A stretch of DNA of 64,000 nt. It comes from an uncultured Erysipelotrichaceae bacterium (lineage in GTDB: Bacteria > Bacillota_I > Bacilli_A > RF39 > UBA660). Of this stretch, positions 23,954 through 34,917 are shown piece after piece. The DNA lies in contig CAUSWF010000003.1 of the NCBI GenBank assembly GCA_963535465.1, positions 38,112 through 102,111 on the forward strand. The letters are read 5' to 3'. Position numbers and translations under genes: made by a program. Every line of letters begins with the position of its first letter. The stretch's first letter is position 1. The notes under the pieces are model-generated. The model saw only the letters and a program-made list of their open reading frames with translations. It searched no databases and was not told the origin of the DNA.

Positions 23954-24923
23954 CTAACTCCTCCAAATATTGATTTATAGCTAATATTATAGCATCTTTA
24001 TCATTAGTTTCATATATTTTATTTTTAATAATATTAGCTCCTGGTAATCCTTTTAAGTACCATGCAAGATGATTTCTAATTTCAAGTACAGCAACTTTAT
24101 CAGGTTTTATTTTCAAAAGATAATTAAAATGTTTCAAACACATATTAACTTTATCTTTATATGTTAGAGTCGGAATCTCTTTACCTTCTAACTTATAAAC
24201 AATATCTCTTATCAACCAAGGATTTCCTAAAACCCCTCTTCCAATCATTATCGCATCACAGTTAGTATCTTTTAACATTTTTAAAGCATCATCAACACTT
24301 CTTATATCTCCATTACCAATAACAGGTATAGAAACAGCTTCTTTCACATCTTTTATAATATTCCAATCAGCCTTACCACTGTATCCTTGAGATCTAGTTC
24401 TAGGATGAACAGTAATAGCACTAGCACCAGCCTGCTGACATACCTTAGCAATTTCTACTGCATTTATATGGTTATTGTCCCATCCACTTCTAATCTTAAC
24501 TGTAACAGGAATAGGTACAGCAGCAACAACAGACTTCACAATATCATATACTTTTTCAGGATTTTTTAATAAGGCAGAGCCTGCCTGAGCTCTAAGCGCA
24601 ACTTTAGGAACAGGACATCCCATATTAATATCTATAATATCTGGATGCATATTCTCATATATATACTTAGCAGCGACAACAAACGATGATACGTCACTAC
24701 CAAAAATTTGCTGAACAATAGGCCTTTCTGCCTCAGTCATATAAAGCATATCGATAGTCTTCTTATTATTATAAAATATAGCTTTATCACTAACCATCTC
24801 AGCAAAAATTAATCCTGCACCCATCTCCTTACAAATACGTCGAAAGGCCGAATTGCAAACTCCGGCCATCGGTGCTAATACAACCTGATTGTTAATTATA
24901 ACATCACGTATATTCCACTTCAT
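23934..24923 (-). CDS. dusB: tRNA-dihydrouridine synthase
   Basis: 329 aa. Dus TIM-barrel motifs (LAPMAGV, DINMGCP, KIR). Confidence 0.9.
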   Translation of the reverse strand: MKWNIRDVIINNQVVLAPMAGVCNSAFRRICKEMGAGLIFAEMVSDKAIFYNNKKTIDMLYMTEAERPIVQQIFGSDVSSFVVAAKYIYENMHPDIIDINMGCPVPKVALRAQAGSALLKNPEKVYDIVKSVVAAVPIPVTVKIRSGWDNNHINAVEIAKVCQQAGASAITVHPRTRSQGYSGKADWNIIKDVKEAVSIPVIGNGDIRSVDDALKMLKDTNCDAIMIGRGVLGNPWLIRDIVYKLEGKEIPTLTYKDKVNMCLKHFNYLLKIKPDKVAVLEIRNHLAWYLKGLPGANIIKNKIYETNDKDAIILAINQYLEELDETAIY

Positions 24924-25330
24924 TATTTAGTTTTTTTCTTTAATAGATCTCTTATTTCTTCAAGTAACTTAACATCTTCGCTCTTAACAACTGGTGCAGC
25001 CACTTCTTCTGCCTTATCATTTTTCTTTAATTTTTCAATTAATTTTATAATTACAAATATACAAGCAGCAATAATTAAAAAATCAACTATAGATTGAATA
25101 AATTGACCATACATAATTTTAGAACTACCAATATCAATTGATAACATACTAAAATTAAGTCCTCCTAATAATACCCCTATAACTGGCATTAAAATATCAT
25201 TAACTAAACTGCTAACTATTTTACCAAAAGCAGCTCCGATAATAACACCAACTGCCATATCAATAACATTTCCTTTTGATATAAATTCTTTGAATTCTAA
25301 CAATCCTTTTTTTAAATTTTCTTTTTTCAT
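24923..25330 (-). CDS. mscL: Large-conductance mechanosensitive channel
   Basis: 135 aa. [27 protein letters not shown] signature. Confidence 0.9.
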   Translation of the reverse strand: MKKENLKKGLLEFKEFISKGNVIDMAVGVIIGAAFGKIVSSLVNDILMPVIGVLLGGLNFSMLSIDIGSSKIMYGQFIQSIVDFLIIAACIFVIIKLIEKLKKNDKAEEVAAPVVKSEDVKLLEEIRDLLKKKTK

Positions 25331-25405
25331 ATTTCCTCCTGCCTCAATTATATATTATTTTATCTATTTTGAAAAGAAAAATAGATTATTTTAATACAAA
25401 CAAAA

Positions 25406-25429
25406 AATAGATTGCATTTGCAATCTATT
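25406..25429 (-). terminator. ftsH terminator (perfect 11-bp inverted repeat overlapping the stop codon)
   Basis: AATAGATTGCAttTGCAATCTATT followed on the minus strand by TTTTGTTTG. Confidence 0.5.
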
Positions 25430-27395
25430 CCATAGCTTTTATTAATTCACTTTTACTCATTTTAGTATATTCTTTAATACCTTTTTTCTTAGCTAATTCT
25501 TTTAGCTTTGTTATAGACATACTTTCTAAATTAGTATCATCATCTTCTTCTGGCATTACTCCATTTTCAACTAAATAATCAATTTGTTCTTTAGTTAAAG
25601 TTTCATATTCTAATAAAGTCTCTGCAATTAAATTTAATAAATCTCTATTCTTTTTAATAATCTTAGTAGCCTCATCATGACAACCATTAATTATCTTTCT
25701 CATTTCCATATCTATTTCATTAGCAACTTCATTTGAAAAATGTTGTGGTTTATTATAATCTCTTCCTAAAAATACATTTCCAGAAACATCCTCAAATTGT
25801 AATGGACCTAAATCACTCATACCATACTCTGTAACCATAGCTCTAGCTATCTTAGTAGCTTTAGAAAAATCATTTGATGCACCTGTGGTTACTTGACCAA
25901 ATACTAATTCTTCAGCAGCTCTACCACCTAATAATCCAGTTATTTGTTGCAATAATTCTTCTTTTGTTGAACAAATCTTTTCTTCTCTTGGTGTCATCAT
26001 ATTATATCCACCAGCAGAACCTCTTGGAATAATAGTAACTTTTTGTACAACATTTGCACCTTCTAATTTTAATCCAATAACAGCATGACCTGCTTCATGG
26101 TAAGCAACTAATTTTCTATCATTTTCACTATATTTTCTAGTAACCTTAGCAGGACCCATCATAACTCTATCAGCAGCCTCATCTATCTCACTCATAGTAA
26201 TTACTTCTTTATTTCTTCTAACACTAAGTAGTGCAGCTTCATTAAGTAAGTTTTCTAAATCAGCTCCACTAAATCCAGAAGTTCTTTTAGCAATATTTTT
26301 TAATGTTATAGTTGGAGCAAGTTTCTTATCTCTAGCATGAACTTGAAGTATTTCTTCTCTTTCTCTAACATCTGGTAAATCAACAGTTATTTGTCTATCA
26401 AATCTTCCAGGTCTAAGTAAAGCTGGATCCAATACATCAGGTCTATTAGTAGCAGCAATTAATATAATTCCTTCATTTGTTCCAAAACCATCCATCTCAG
26501 TTAATAATTGATTTAAAGTTTGTTCCCTTTCATCATGACCGCCACCAAGACCAGTTCCTCTTTGTCTACCAACAGCATCAATTTCATCTATAAATATTAA
26601 ACAAGGTGCAGTTCTCTTAGCTTCTTTAAACATATCACGTACACGGCTAGCTCCAACACCTACAAATAATTCAACGAACTCAGAACCACTTATAAAGTAA
26701 AATGGAACATCAGCTTCTCCAGCAACCGCCTTAGCAAGCAATGTTTTTCCTGTTCCTGGAGGACCATATAGCATTACACCTTTAGGTATTCTAGCACCCA
26801 TTTTTTGAAACTTCTTAGGATTTTTTAAGAAATCAATTAATTCCTTAACTTCTTCCTTTTCTTCTTTTAAACCAGCAACATCTTTAAATGTAACTTTATT
26901 AGTATCATTTGATAACTTAGCTCTACTCTTACCAAAATCCATACTACCTTTATTACCAGCCATTTGTCTATTTAAAAACCATACAGCAAATACTGCTAAA
27001 ACTAAAATTGGCCCAACTTGTACTATTGTTATTAATAATAAATTACCATTAATATCAGAACCACTTTCTAATTTAAACTTATTTTCCTTATTTGCATCAG
27101 TTATTTGTTTCATAACAACTTCACTATAAGGTAACTTAGCAGTAAAACTTTCATTACTCTTATACTTTTTAAGTTTTCCATTAACTACATAGTTAGAAGC
27201 ACTAACCCTAGGATCAATCATAACTTCAGTTATATTGCCATTATTAAGTTCACTCATAAATTGATCATAAGTAAGTGTATGAACTTTAAGTTGTGCATAT
27301 CTCATGTAATACATTATCCCTAGCATTAATACAAAAAGTAATAAATAGGGAATTACACTCTTTTTAACATTATCTTTATTAATATTATTTTTCAT
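25425..27395 (-). CDS. ftsH: ATP-dependent zinc metalloprotease FtsH
   Basis: 656 aa. Walker [12 protein letters not shown] region and HEAGH zinc site. Confidence 0.97.
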   Translation of the reverse strand: MKNNINKDNVKKSVIPYLLLFVLMLGIMYYMRYAQLKVHTLTYDQFMSELNNGNITEVMIDPRVSASNYVVNGKLKKYKSNESFTAKLPYSEVVMKQITDANKENKFKLESGSDINGNLLLITIVQVGPILVLAVFAVWFLNRQMAGNKGSMDFGKSRAKLSNDTNKVTFKDVAGLKEEKEEVKELIDFLKNPKKFQKMGARIPKGVMLYGPPGTGKTLLAKAVAGEADVPFYFISGSEFVELFVGVGASRVRDMFKEAKRTAPCLIFIDEIDAVGRQRGTGLGGGHDEREQTLNQLLTEMDGFGTNEGIILIAATNRPDVLDPALLRPGRFDRQITVDLPDVREREEILQVHARDKKLAPTITLKNIAKRTSGFSGADLENLLNEAALLSVRRNKEVITMSEIDEAADRVMMGPAKVTRKYSENDRKLVAYHEAGHAVIGLKLEGANVVQKVTIIPRGSAGGYNMMTPREEKICSTKEELLQQITGLLGGRAAEELVFGQVTTGASNDFSKATKIARAMVTEYGMSDLGPLQFEDVSGNVFLGRDYNKPQHFSNEVANEIDMEMRKIINGCHDEATKIIKKNRDLLNLIAETLLEYETLTKEQIDYLVENGVMPEEDDDTNLESMSITKLKELAKKKGIKEYTKMSKSELIKAME

Positions 27396-28713
27396 TCTTT
27401 CCTCCTGTATATTTCAACATTATATCATAATTATCATCAATATTCTTATCAAATTTAGATTTAATAACACCAGGTATCCATACAATAGTACCACACGAAT
27501 CAACAACAATCGGCTGCAAATTTCGTTCTGTCTTACTAATCTTTTTATCTATAAAAATATCTTTAACTTTTTTTCTCCCGTTTAAACCCTTAACAGCTAT
27601 TTTATCTCCAACTTTCCTACTTCTAACACTAAGTGGTAATTTAATCTCTCTACTATTTAATCTACATACATAATTACTATTACTATTTTCATTAGTTACA
27701 CTACAGATAACTTTGCCATTAGGTAAAACTACTTTATCATTTATTAATATATCGTACAGAACAACTTCTCCTGCACTACGTTCTAATTTTAACATATTAT
27801 ATTCTTTTTTCGCAATAATATCATTAGGTAGATTTATATAACCATTACTCTTATTGCTGAAAATTAAATCATGTATTAAATCAATATGTTTATCAGAAAC
27901 TAAAAATAAATCATCGTTATAATATTTATTAATAATAGTATATAAAATTTCTCTTTGAATAAAAGAATCCTCTTTTATAAATTTATCAATAATAATACCA
28001 TTACTATAACAATTCTTAAGAGCTTTATTAACTATCCTATCAATATAACCACTAGTATTTAATAATACTTCATTATATTTCAAAAATTTCTTATGAACAT
28101 CACTATTTTCCTTCTTTAAAAAAGGTAAAATTACTTTTCTATATCTATTTCTAGTATGTATATCATCAAAATTAGTCGCATCCATATAATATTTTATATG
28201 TTTTTCTTCATCATACTTAATCAACTCATCCTTTGTATAATAAATAAGTGGTCTAACTATTTTATAATTGCCCATATCAACAATCATTCTAAAACCAGCA
28301 TACCCACTCAAATTAGAACCTCTAACTATTTTCATTAAAATTGTTTCAATTAAATCATCAGCATGATGAGCAGTCATAACATAATTAGCCTTATACTTAT
28401 CTACTAACTTATCAAAAAAACTATATCTCTTAACTCTTGCTTCATTTTCAAAATTATCATCACTATAATCTTCAATCTTAAGTAATTCAAATATCAAGTC
28501 ATTATCAGCACAAACTTTTTCAACATAATTAGCTTCTTCCAACGATTTATCTCTAACATTATGATCAACATGAGCAATAATTAGTTTTAATTTATATTTA
28601 TCTTTAATATTATTAAGCATGCTTAAAAGAGCCATTGAATCAGGCCCAGCAGAACAAGCAACAATTATGGTGTCACCTATATTAAATTTAAATTTATCAT
28701 CAATACTAATCAT
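27385..28713 (-). CDS. tilS: tRNA(Ile)-lysidine synthase
   Basis: 442 aa. N-terminal PP-loop SGGPDS. Conserved position just upstream of ftsH. Confidence 0.9.
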   Translation of the reverse strand: MISIDDKFKFNIGDTIIVACSAGPDSMALLSMLNNIKDKYKLKLIIAHVDHNVRDKSLEEANYVEKVCADNDLIFELLKIEDYSDDNFENEARVKRYSFFDKLVDKYKANYVMTAHHADDLIETILMKIVRGSNLSGYAGFRMIVDMGNYKIVRPLIYYTKDELIKYDEEKHIKYYMDATNFDDIHTRNRYRKVILPFLKKENSDVHKKFLKYNEVLLNTSGYIDRIVNKALKNCYSNGIIIDKFIKEDSFIQREILYTIINKYYNDDLFLVSDKHIDLIHDLIFSNKSNGYINLPNDIIAKKEYNMLKLERSAGEVVLYDILINDKVVLPNGKVICSVTNENSNSNYVCRLNSREIKLPLSVRSRKVGDKIAVKGLNGRKKVKDIFIDKKISKTERNLQPIVVDSCGTIVWIPGVIKSKFDKNIDDNYDIMLKYTGGKNEK

Positions 28714-28760
28714 TGTCTCTCCTGCAACATATTATAACACAATTAAAAGAAAAAGGAATA

Positions 28761-29051
28761 TTATTCCTTTGGCATTTGTATAATTATTTCTCCATCTTTA
28801 GAATATAAATAATTTTCTCTAGCATACCTAGCTATATAATCTGGATCTTGTAACTTAGAAGCATCTAACTTTAATTTATTCTCTTCTTCTTCTAATTTGC
28901 GCAATTCATTAACAAGGTGCTTTTTTTCTTTAATTTTATGATATATTTCAATAAAATATCTACCAGAAAAAAATGCAGTAAGTAAAAATACTGAAGAAAC
29001 AAATATTATAAACGTTAAAAATTTATGGTTTTTTTTCTTCTTAACTTTCAC
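28761..29051 (-). CDS. divIC: Septum formation initiator (DivIC/FtsB family)
   Basis: 96 aa. N-terminal transmembrane helix, coiled coil and the DPDYIARYARENYLYSKDGE motif. Confidence 0.7.
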   Translation of the reverse strand: MKVKKKKNHKFLTFIIFVSSVFLLTAFFSGRYFIEIYHKIKEKKHLVNELRKLEEEENKLKLDASKLQDPDYIARYARENYLYSKDGEIIIQMPKE

Positions 29052-29149
29052 TATATCACACCTTTCTAATATAAAAATAACATAATAAATATAAAAGAAA
29101 AATATAGAAATAATTAAATTTCTATATTTTACAAGATTTTACAAATATT

Positions 29150-29413
29150 TTATTCTTCTTCAGCATTATTATAGGCATCTATAACAGCATCATTTAAAGT
29201 AGCACGCATTTCAGAATTAATAGGATGAGCAATATCTTTATATTCTCCTAACGAATTTTTACTGTTTGGCATTGCAATAAACAATCCATCTTGCCCTTCT
29301 ATAATACGAATACTGTGAACTGCAAAACAATCATCAAAAACAACTGTCGCAAATCCTCTCACATGAGAATTCTCCTTATTAACCTTATGCACTTTTACTG
29401 ATGTAACTTTCAT
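29150..29413 (-). CDS. spoVG: Septation protein SpoVG
   Basis: 87 aa with strong SpoVG similarity (VHSIRIIEGQDGLFIAMPNSKNSLGEYKDIAHPINSEMR). Confidence 0.9.
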   Translation of the reverse strand: MKVTSVKVHKVNKENSHVRGFATVVFDDCFAVHSIRIIEGQDGLFIAMPNSKNSLGEYKDIAHPINSEMRATLNDAVIDAYNNAEEE

Positions 29414-29477
29414 ACGTCCTCCTTCTAAAGCATAATACTTCTAATAAAATTATATTAGAAAAACAAAGTAAAATCAA

Positions 29478-30269
29478 CTATAAAGAATTAGCAATATCAA
29501 CAAATATTGAATAATCTAACTCTTCAGCTCTAACATTTAAATCATAATCATATGTTGCTAAAACATTTCCAACTTTTTCTAAATCATATCCCCTCAAATT
29601 ATTACGAAGAGTTTTTCTTTTAAATTGAAAACTATCTCTAAGCAATTTCTCATACTTATCAAAATCTTTCAAATATATTCTATCTTTTGGAGTAAGAGAA
29701 ATAACTACACTATCAACATTAGGTATAGGTATAAATTCATTCCTACTAACTTTAAACTCTCTACGTATATCATATGAATAATTTAGTAAAGCTGTTATAG
29801 AAGAATACTCCTTACTACCAGGAACACTTGATAATCTATCTCCAAGTTCTTTCTGAACCATCATAACAATTTTATCAAACTTAATATTACTTCTAAGTAA
29901 CTTTATTATTATAGGAGTAGTTATATAATAAGGAACGTTACTAACAAAATATAATTTATCATAATCATATTTAGAAATATCACTTAAAATATCAGCATCT
30001 AAAAAATCTTTAAATATAATTTCATAATTATTATAATTATATAATTTTTCATTTAGTTCTTCTTCTAATTCATTATCTATCTCATAACAAATAACTCTAT
30101 TTGCAACCTCACATAAAGAACTAGTAAGTATAGCCCCACCAGGTCCTACTTCAATAACTAAACTTCTTCCATTTATTTCAGCAACTTTTATAATAGAATT
30201 AACAATTTTCTTATCTTTCAAAAAATTTTGACCAAATTTCTTTTTAAATTTAACATTATATTTTTCCAT
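29478..30269 (-). CDS. rsmA: 16S rRNA (adenine1518/1519-N6)-dimethyltransferase
   Basis: 263 aa. GQNFL and VIEVGPG motifs. Confidence 0.93.
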   Translation of the reverse strand: MEKYNVKFKKKFGQNFLKDKKIVNSIIKVAEINGRSLVIEVGPGGAILTSSLCEVANRVICYEIDNELEEELNEKLYNYNNYEIIFKDFLDADILSDISKYDYDKLYFVSNVPYYITTPIIIKLLRSNIKFDKIVMMVQKELGDRLSSVPGSKEYSSITALLNYSYDIRREFKVSRNEFIPIPNVDSVVISLTPKDRIYLKDFDKYEKLLRDSFQFKRKTLRNNLRGYDLEKVGNVLATYDYDLNVRAEELDYSIFVDIANSL

Positions 30270-30282
30270 AATTTCACCTTAC

Positions 30283-30903
30283 CTACTTCTTGTTAAAATA
30301 GATTAACTTTAAAACATAATAAACTATTATATATAAAGCTGGTAAAATTACAACTAAAATAAATCCAAAAGTAGTAGATATAAAATTTTGTAAAATCCCA
30401 ATATAAGGTATTTTAAAAACAACTTTACCATGCACCCTATTTTTAGGAACTAAATAATTATCATAATTATTATTATTGTCACCCTTAGTCTTATAAAATA
30501 CTAAACCGTCTTTTTCATATATCTTCATTATTCTATGAGTAATAACCAGACCAAAATTATAAGGATCAGCAGATGAAAAAGTAATAATGTCACCTATTTC
30601 TAATCCGTCATTTCCTCTCTTAACAACTATCGCATCAGAAACATTTATAGTAGGTTCCATAGATTTAGTTGCTACAACATAAGTTGTTATGCCATAAGTT
30701 TTATTCTTATATATATTAATAAAAAATAAAGTATATAAAATAATTACAAAAAATAAGGAAAACAAAAACACCATAATAGATATTTTCTTATTATAAACAA
30801 TATTACTTATATGTTTTCTAAAACTATTTACCATACTTAAATTATAACTACAAGAAATATAAAAAACTATTAAATACAATAAAAAAAGATGTATTTTACA
30901 CAT
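30283..30903 (-). CDS. sipW: SipW-type (ER/archaeal-type, Ser-His) signal peptidase I
   Basis: KSMEPT box with catalytic Ser. GDIITF...VITHRIM box with catalytic His. FYKTKGDNN box. C-terminal membrane anchor. Architecture matches B. subtilis SipW. True start may be an internal Met near 30834. Confidence 0.8.
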   Translation of the reverse strand: MCKIHLFLLYLIVFYISCSYNLSMVNSFRKHISNIVYNKKISIMVFLFSLFFVIILYTLFFINIYKNKTYGITTYVVATKSMEPTINVSDAIVVKRGNDGLEIGDIITFSSADPYNFGLVITHRIMKIYEKDGLVFYKTKGDNNNNYDNYLVPKNRVHGKVVFKIPYIGILQNFISTTFGFILVVILPALYIIVYYVLKLIYFNKK

Positions 30904-31447
30904 CTTTAGCTTGAATAGTAAATTTTAATACTTCATCATTTGAAAAATTAGTCACAGTTCCTTCATTCTTCCAAACTTTAACTCTATATTCCTGTTTTAC
31001 ATCATCAGATACCTTACTACTATATAAAATTAAATTTTTAACTTTATCTAATGTAATAGGTTTAACTACTTGTCTATAAGCACCATCTTCTAATTTTTCT
31101 AAAGATATTTTTATATTTTTATTATTAGATTTATCTTTCAATTTATATAAAATATTATATGTAATTTCTTTTCTATCTGCCCCTTTAAAATCAGCCTGTA
31201 TAGCAAAATTAAACACATTATTTCCATCTGACAATTTAAAAGCATCTTCATCGCTCATAGAATTAATAGAATTCATGACTATACCCTGTTTGTCATTATA
31301 ATAAAGAAAATCTATTTTCCCTCCATTTAAATTTTTATATACAACTTCTCTATCTCTATTTTTATATATATATAAACCTATTATTAGTAAACCTAATAAT
31401 ATTATTGAAATCATAACATTTATTAATATATTTCCCTTTTTATTCAT
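30896..31447 (-). CDS. Small secreted or membrane-anchored beta-rich protein, paralog A (candidate SipW substrate)
   Basis: 183 aa. N-terminal basic segment plus hydrophobic signal-like segment. Shares the C-terminal motif YRVKVWKNEG with the neighbouring paralog (YKLRVWVSEEEG). Stop overlaps the sipW start. Confidence 0.55.
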   Translation of the reverse strand: MNKKGNILINVMISIILLGLLIIGLYIYKNRDREVVYKNLNGGKIDFLYYNDKQGIVMNSINSMSDEDAFKLSDGNNVFNFAIQADFKGADRKEITYNILYKLKDKSNNKNIKISLEKLEDGAYRQVVKPITLDKVKNLILYSSKVSDDVKQEYRVKVWKNEGTVTNFSNDEVLKFTIQAKDV

Positions 31448-31456
31448 ATTATCTCC

Positions 31457-31978
31457 TTATAATGATTTTACATATATTGAAGAAGTAAATACCTTTAAAC
31501 TATTATTTATACCTTCTTCTTCTGAAACCCATACTCTTAATTTATATTTAGAACTGCCTAAACTAGGTAAATTACCCACAACTAATCTTTTGCCTTCAAT
31601 AACACTACTAGATATAAGCAGTTTAGCATAAGTTGTATTTAAAATAATCTTACCATCTTTAGACAAACTCAACTTAATATTCTGATCATTTATAGAATTA
31701 TCCATACTTGTCTTTACTAAATATATTTCATATTTTGCCTTACCTATATTATTATTCTTAACCTCTATATCAATCAAATTTTTCACATCACTATTACTAT
31801 CAATATTAATACCAGCATAATCTGAAATTGGTAATTTATTATTAACATTAATATCTCCACTTTTTTTATATGAAATTTGATAATTTTTTTTTGCAATAAA
31901 ATTAAGTAGCATCAAAGAAAACAAAGTAAAAAATAATATTATAAATAACATATATTTTATTTTCATTACCAACCCCAC
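31457..31978 (-). CDS. Small secreted or membrane-anchored beta-rich protein, paralog B (candidate SipW substrate)
   Basis: 173 aa with the same architecture as paralog A. Start could be Met5 at 31966. Confidence 0.55.
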   Translation of the reverse strand: MGLVMKIKYMLFIILFFTLFSLMLLNFIAKKNYQISYKKSGDINVNNKLPISDYAGINIDSNSDVKNLIDIEVKNNNIGKAKYEIYLVKTSMDNSINDQNIKLSLSKDGKIILNTTYAKLLISSSVIEGKRLVVGNLPSLGSSKYKLRVWVSEEEGINNSLKVFTSSIYVKSL

Positions 31979-32538
31979 CTAACTATACTGAATTTTACTC
32001 CTCTAACATTTCCAAAATCATTAGTCTCTTTTTCACTATTAAATAATAAATCAAGGTGTCCTTTCTTAATAGCTCCTCCTCTATCCATTACTATTGCTGG
32101 AAATTTATTACCATTAGGTAAATGAACATCAATTATAGTGCCACATGGTATATTTCTATCTGCCGCAACTACACGTATCTTTCCATATTCTTTATCTGGA
32201 AATAAGATGTTGCCATTTCTAAAATCTGTTCTTGGTCTACATCCGGAAAATCCTCCACAACCTTCACAATTAGGGCCATAACCAGTTAAATTTCCGCTAA
32301 ATGTTGATCCTACTTTTTTTATTAAAATATCGTTAAAACTATCAACAACTAAATTAGTATCATCAACTCTTAAATTCACATTACTAGATAAATTATCATA
32401 CTTTATAGATTTAACATAATTAGAATTGGATACATAAAGTACATTTTCTTTATTAAAAGTTGTTGCATATATAAGTAAAGCAAAAACAAGTATTACAAAA
32501 AATAAATATCTAAAATATACACCTATAATTTTCTTCAT
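31966..32538 (-). CDS. 3D-domain (RlpA/MltA-like) cell-wall protein with N-terminal membrane anchor, YabE-like
   Basis: C-terminal 3D-domain signature (GYGPNCEGCGG...CRPRT...VAADRNIPCGT...MDRGGAI). Start set to the internal Met (MKKIIGVYF) to avoid a 62-nt overlap with tatD. Confidence 0.65.
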   Translation of the reverse strand: MKKIIGVYFRYLFFVILVFALLIYATTFNKENVLYVSNSNYVKSIKYDNLSSNVNLRVDDTNLVVDSFNDILIKKVGSTFSGNLTGYGPNCEGCGGFSGCRPRTDFRNGNILFPDKEYGKIRVVAADRNIPCGTIIDVHLPNGNKFPAIVMDRGGAIKKGHLDLLFNSEKETNDFGNVRGVKFSIVRWGW

Positions 32539-32572
32539 AACTTCCTCAATTATTATAATAAGAATATCATTT

Positions 32573-33385
32573 TTATTTTTTGAAGTCAAACAAGAAGTTA
32601 GCATTATTACTAGTAATAGAATAAACATCTTCAACAGGTATTTTTAACAATTCCGCCAAATAAGAAGCTATATAAACTATATTTTTTGAAGTATTAACAC
32701 TCCCTCTAACAGGTACTGGTGCAAGATATGGACTATCAGTTTCTAAAACTATATTATCTAATCCAATTTCTTCAATCACTTTATGTAAATTACTATTTTT
32801 AAAAGTAACTACTCCACCTATTCCTAAATAAAATCCCATTTTTATATAAATTTTAGCTACTTCTAAACTACCTGAAAAGCAATGTATTGAACCTTTTACT
32901 TTATATTTAGATAGTATATCTATAGTATCTTTAACTGCATCACGACTATGTATTGAAACTGGTAAATTATATTTTTCTGCTAGTCTCAATTGATACTCAA
33001 ATAGCTCAAGTTGTTTATCTTTATCATCTTTACCATAATGATAATCCAGACCAATTTCACCTATCGCAACTACTTTATTATTCTTTAATAATTCTTCTAA
33101 CTTAATCAAATCTTCTTCAGTATAAATAGATGCTTGATCAGGATGATATCCAATCGCAGCATATATTCCACTATGGGAATTTGCTATTTCTAAAGCCTCC
33201 TTTATCATACCACTCGTACAACCTATTATTAAAATAGCAGAACATCCACTATCAAAATCATCTTTTATTACTTTATCTATATCCTCATAATCTTCTCTAG
33301 ATATATGACAATGTGTATCAATAAACATATAACCTCCATATAAAAACATTATACACCATGTATAATGTTTAATTCTATAAATCAA
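32573..33385 (-). CDS. tatD: TatD-family metal-dependent DNase/hydrolase
   Basis: FIDTHCH start, plus SIH and D.P motifs. Conserved position after metG. Confidence 0.9.
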   Translation of the reverse strand: MIYRIKHYTWCIMFLYGGYMFIDTHCHISREDYEDIDKVIKDDFDSGCSAILIIGCTSGMIKEALEIANSHSGIYAAIGYHPDQASIYTEEDLIKLEELLKNNKVVAIGEIGLDYHYGKDDKDKQLELFEYQLRLAEKYNLPVSIHSRDAVKDTIDILSKYKVKGSIHCFSGSLEVAKIYIKMGFYLGIGGVVTFKNSNLHKVIEEIGLDNIVLETDSPYLAPVPVRGSVNTSKNIVYIASYLAELLKIPVEDVYSITSNNANFLFDFKK

Positions 33386-34907
33386 ATTTTGTTTTATCTA
33401 TTCTTTGAAATAATGCTTTTGCTTCACCTAAATTATATTTATTATCATCTAAATATTTAGTTGAATTATCATAATTATTTATTTGATTAGAAATAGATAA
33501 ACTAGTATCAGGTATAAAAGGTCTAAGTATAACACCAGCTACTCTAATAGATTCTAATAAATTATATAGTACTGTCTCTAATCTATCAGTTGATTCAACT
33601 TCTTTTGCTAAAACCCAAGGAGTAGTATCATCAATATATTTATTAGATGCTCTAAGTAAATCAAATATATATCCAAGTGCATCACTTGCATGATATATGT
33701 CCATAGAAGAACTAACTAAATCATCTAATTTATTAATCTTACTAATAAAATCTTCATCTAAAGAGGTATTCAACTTCTTATTAATAATTACACCACTAAA
33801 ATATTTATGCCCCATTGATATAGTTCTTTGAACTAAGTTTCCAAGAACATTAGCTAAATCAGAATTTATTTTATCAATAAGCATTTCCATTGTAATATTA
33901 CCATCATTAGCAAAACTTATTTCAGATAATACATAATATCTAACAGCGTCTACTCCAAACTTTTCAACTAAATCATCTGCATATATAACATTTCCAACAC
34001 TCTTACTCATCTTATTATTATTCATAAGTAACCAAGGATGTCCATATACTTTTTTAGGTAATTCTAACCCCAAACTCCACAAGAAACATGGCCAATAAAT
34101 AGTATGGAATCTAATAATATCTTTACCTATTAAATGTAAATCAGCAGGCCATAATTTTTTAAATAAATCATTACTATTATTAACATCGTATCCAATATTA
34201 GTAATATAATTAGTTAATGCATCAAGCCAAACATAAACAACATGTTTTGGATCAAAATCTACTTTTATACCCCAATCAAAACTAGTTCTAGAAACACATA
34301 AATCCTGCACACCAGGTTTAATAAAATTATTATACATTTCATTTCTTCTTGAAACAGGTTCTATAAAACCATTATCTTCTGTAAATAACTTTTCTAACTT
34401 ATCTTGATAATTTGATAATTTAAAGAAATAAGCTTCTTCACTTTGCACTGTAACTTCTTTCCCACAATCTGGACATCTACCATCTACAAGTTGAGACTCA
34501 GTCCAAAAAGCTTCACAAGCAGTACAATAAAGACCTTCATACTTACCTTTATATATATCACCTTTTTTATACATATAATCAAATATATGTTGTACTACTT
34601 TTTCATGATTAGTATCTGTAGTTCTAACAAACTTATCATAACTTGTATTCATTAAATCCCAAATACCTTTAATTTGTTCAGCAACTTTATCAACATATTC
34701 TTGTGGACTAATATTAGCTTCTTCAGCTTTTTGTTGTATTTTTAAACCATGTTCATCTGTACCAGTTTGAAAATATACATCATATCCCTTACTTCTTTTA
34801 TATCTCGCAATTGCATCAGCAAGTATTATTTCATAAGTATTACCAATATGTGGTTTAGATGATGTATAAGCTATCGCTGTACTTATATAAAATTTTTCTT
34901 TTCCCAT
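33375..34907 (-). CDS. metG: Methionine--tRNA ligase (short form)
   Basis: HIGN (HIGNTY) and KMSKS motifs, and a Zn knuckle CPDCG. Start set to the Met preceded by GGAGG. Confidence 0.95.
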   Translation of the reverse strand: MGKEKFYISTAIAYTSSKPHIGNTYEIILADAIARYKRSKGYDVYFQTGTDEHGLKIQQKAEEANISPQEYVDKVAEQIKGIWDLMNTSYDKFVRTTDTNHEKVVQHIFDYMYKKGDIYKGKYEGLYCTACEAFWTESQLVDGRCPDCGKEVTVQSEEAYFFKLSNYQDKLEKLFTEDNGFIEPVSRRNEMYNNFIKPGVQDLCVSRTSFDWGIKVDFDPKHVVYVWLDALTNYITNIGYDVNNSNDLFKKLWPADLHLIGKDIIRFHTIYWPCFLWSLGLELPKKVYGHPWLLMNNNKMSKSVGNVIYADDLVEKFGVDAVRYYVLSEISFANDGNITMEMLIDKINSDLANVLGNLVQRTISMGHKYFSGVIINKKLNTSLDEDFISKINKLDDLVSSSMDIYHASDALGYIFDLLRASNKYIDDTTPWVLAKEVESTDRLETVLYNLLESIRVAGVILRPFIPDTSLSISNQINNYDNSTKYLDDNKYNLGEAKALFQRIDKTKFDL

Positions 34908-34917
34908 ATTTACCTCC

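Noticed and set aside
29090-29130. AT-only 12-bp inverted repeat AAATATAGAAAT-aattaa-ATTTCTATATTT between spoVG and divIC
   Set aside because: It probably acts as a weak terminator or is simply AT-rich symmetry. It is too low-complexity to call as a specific regulatory site.
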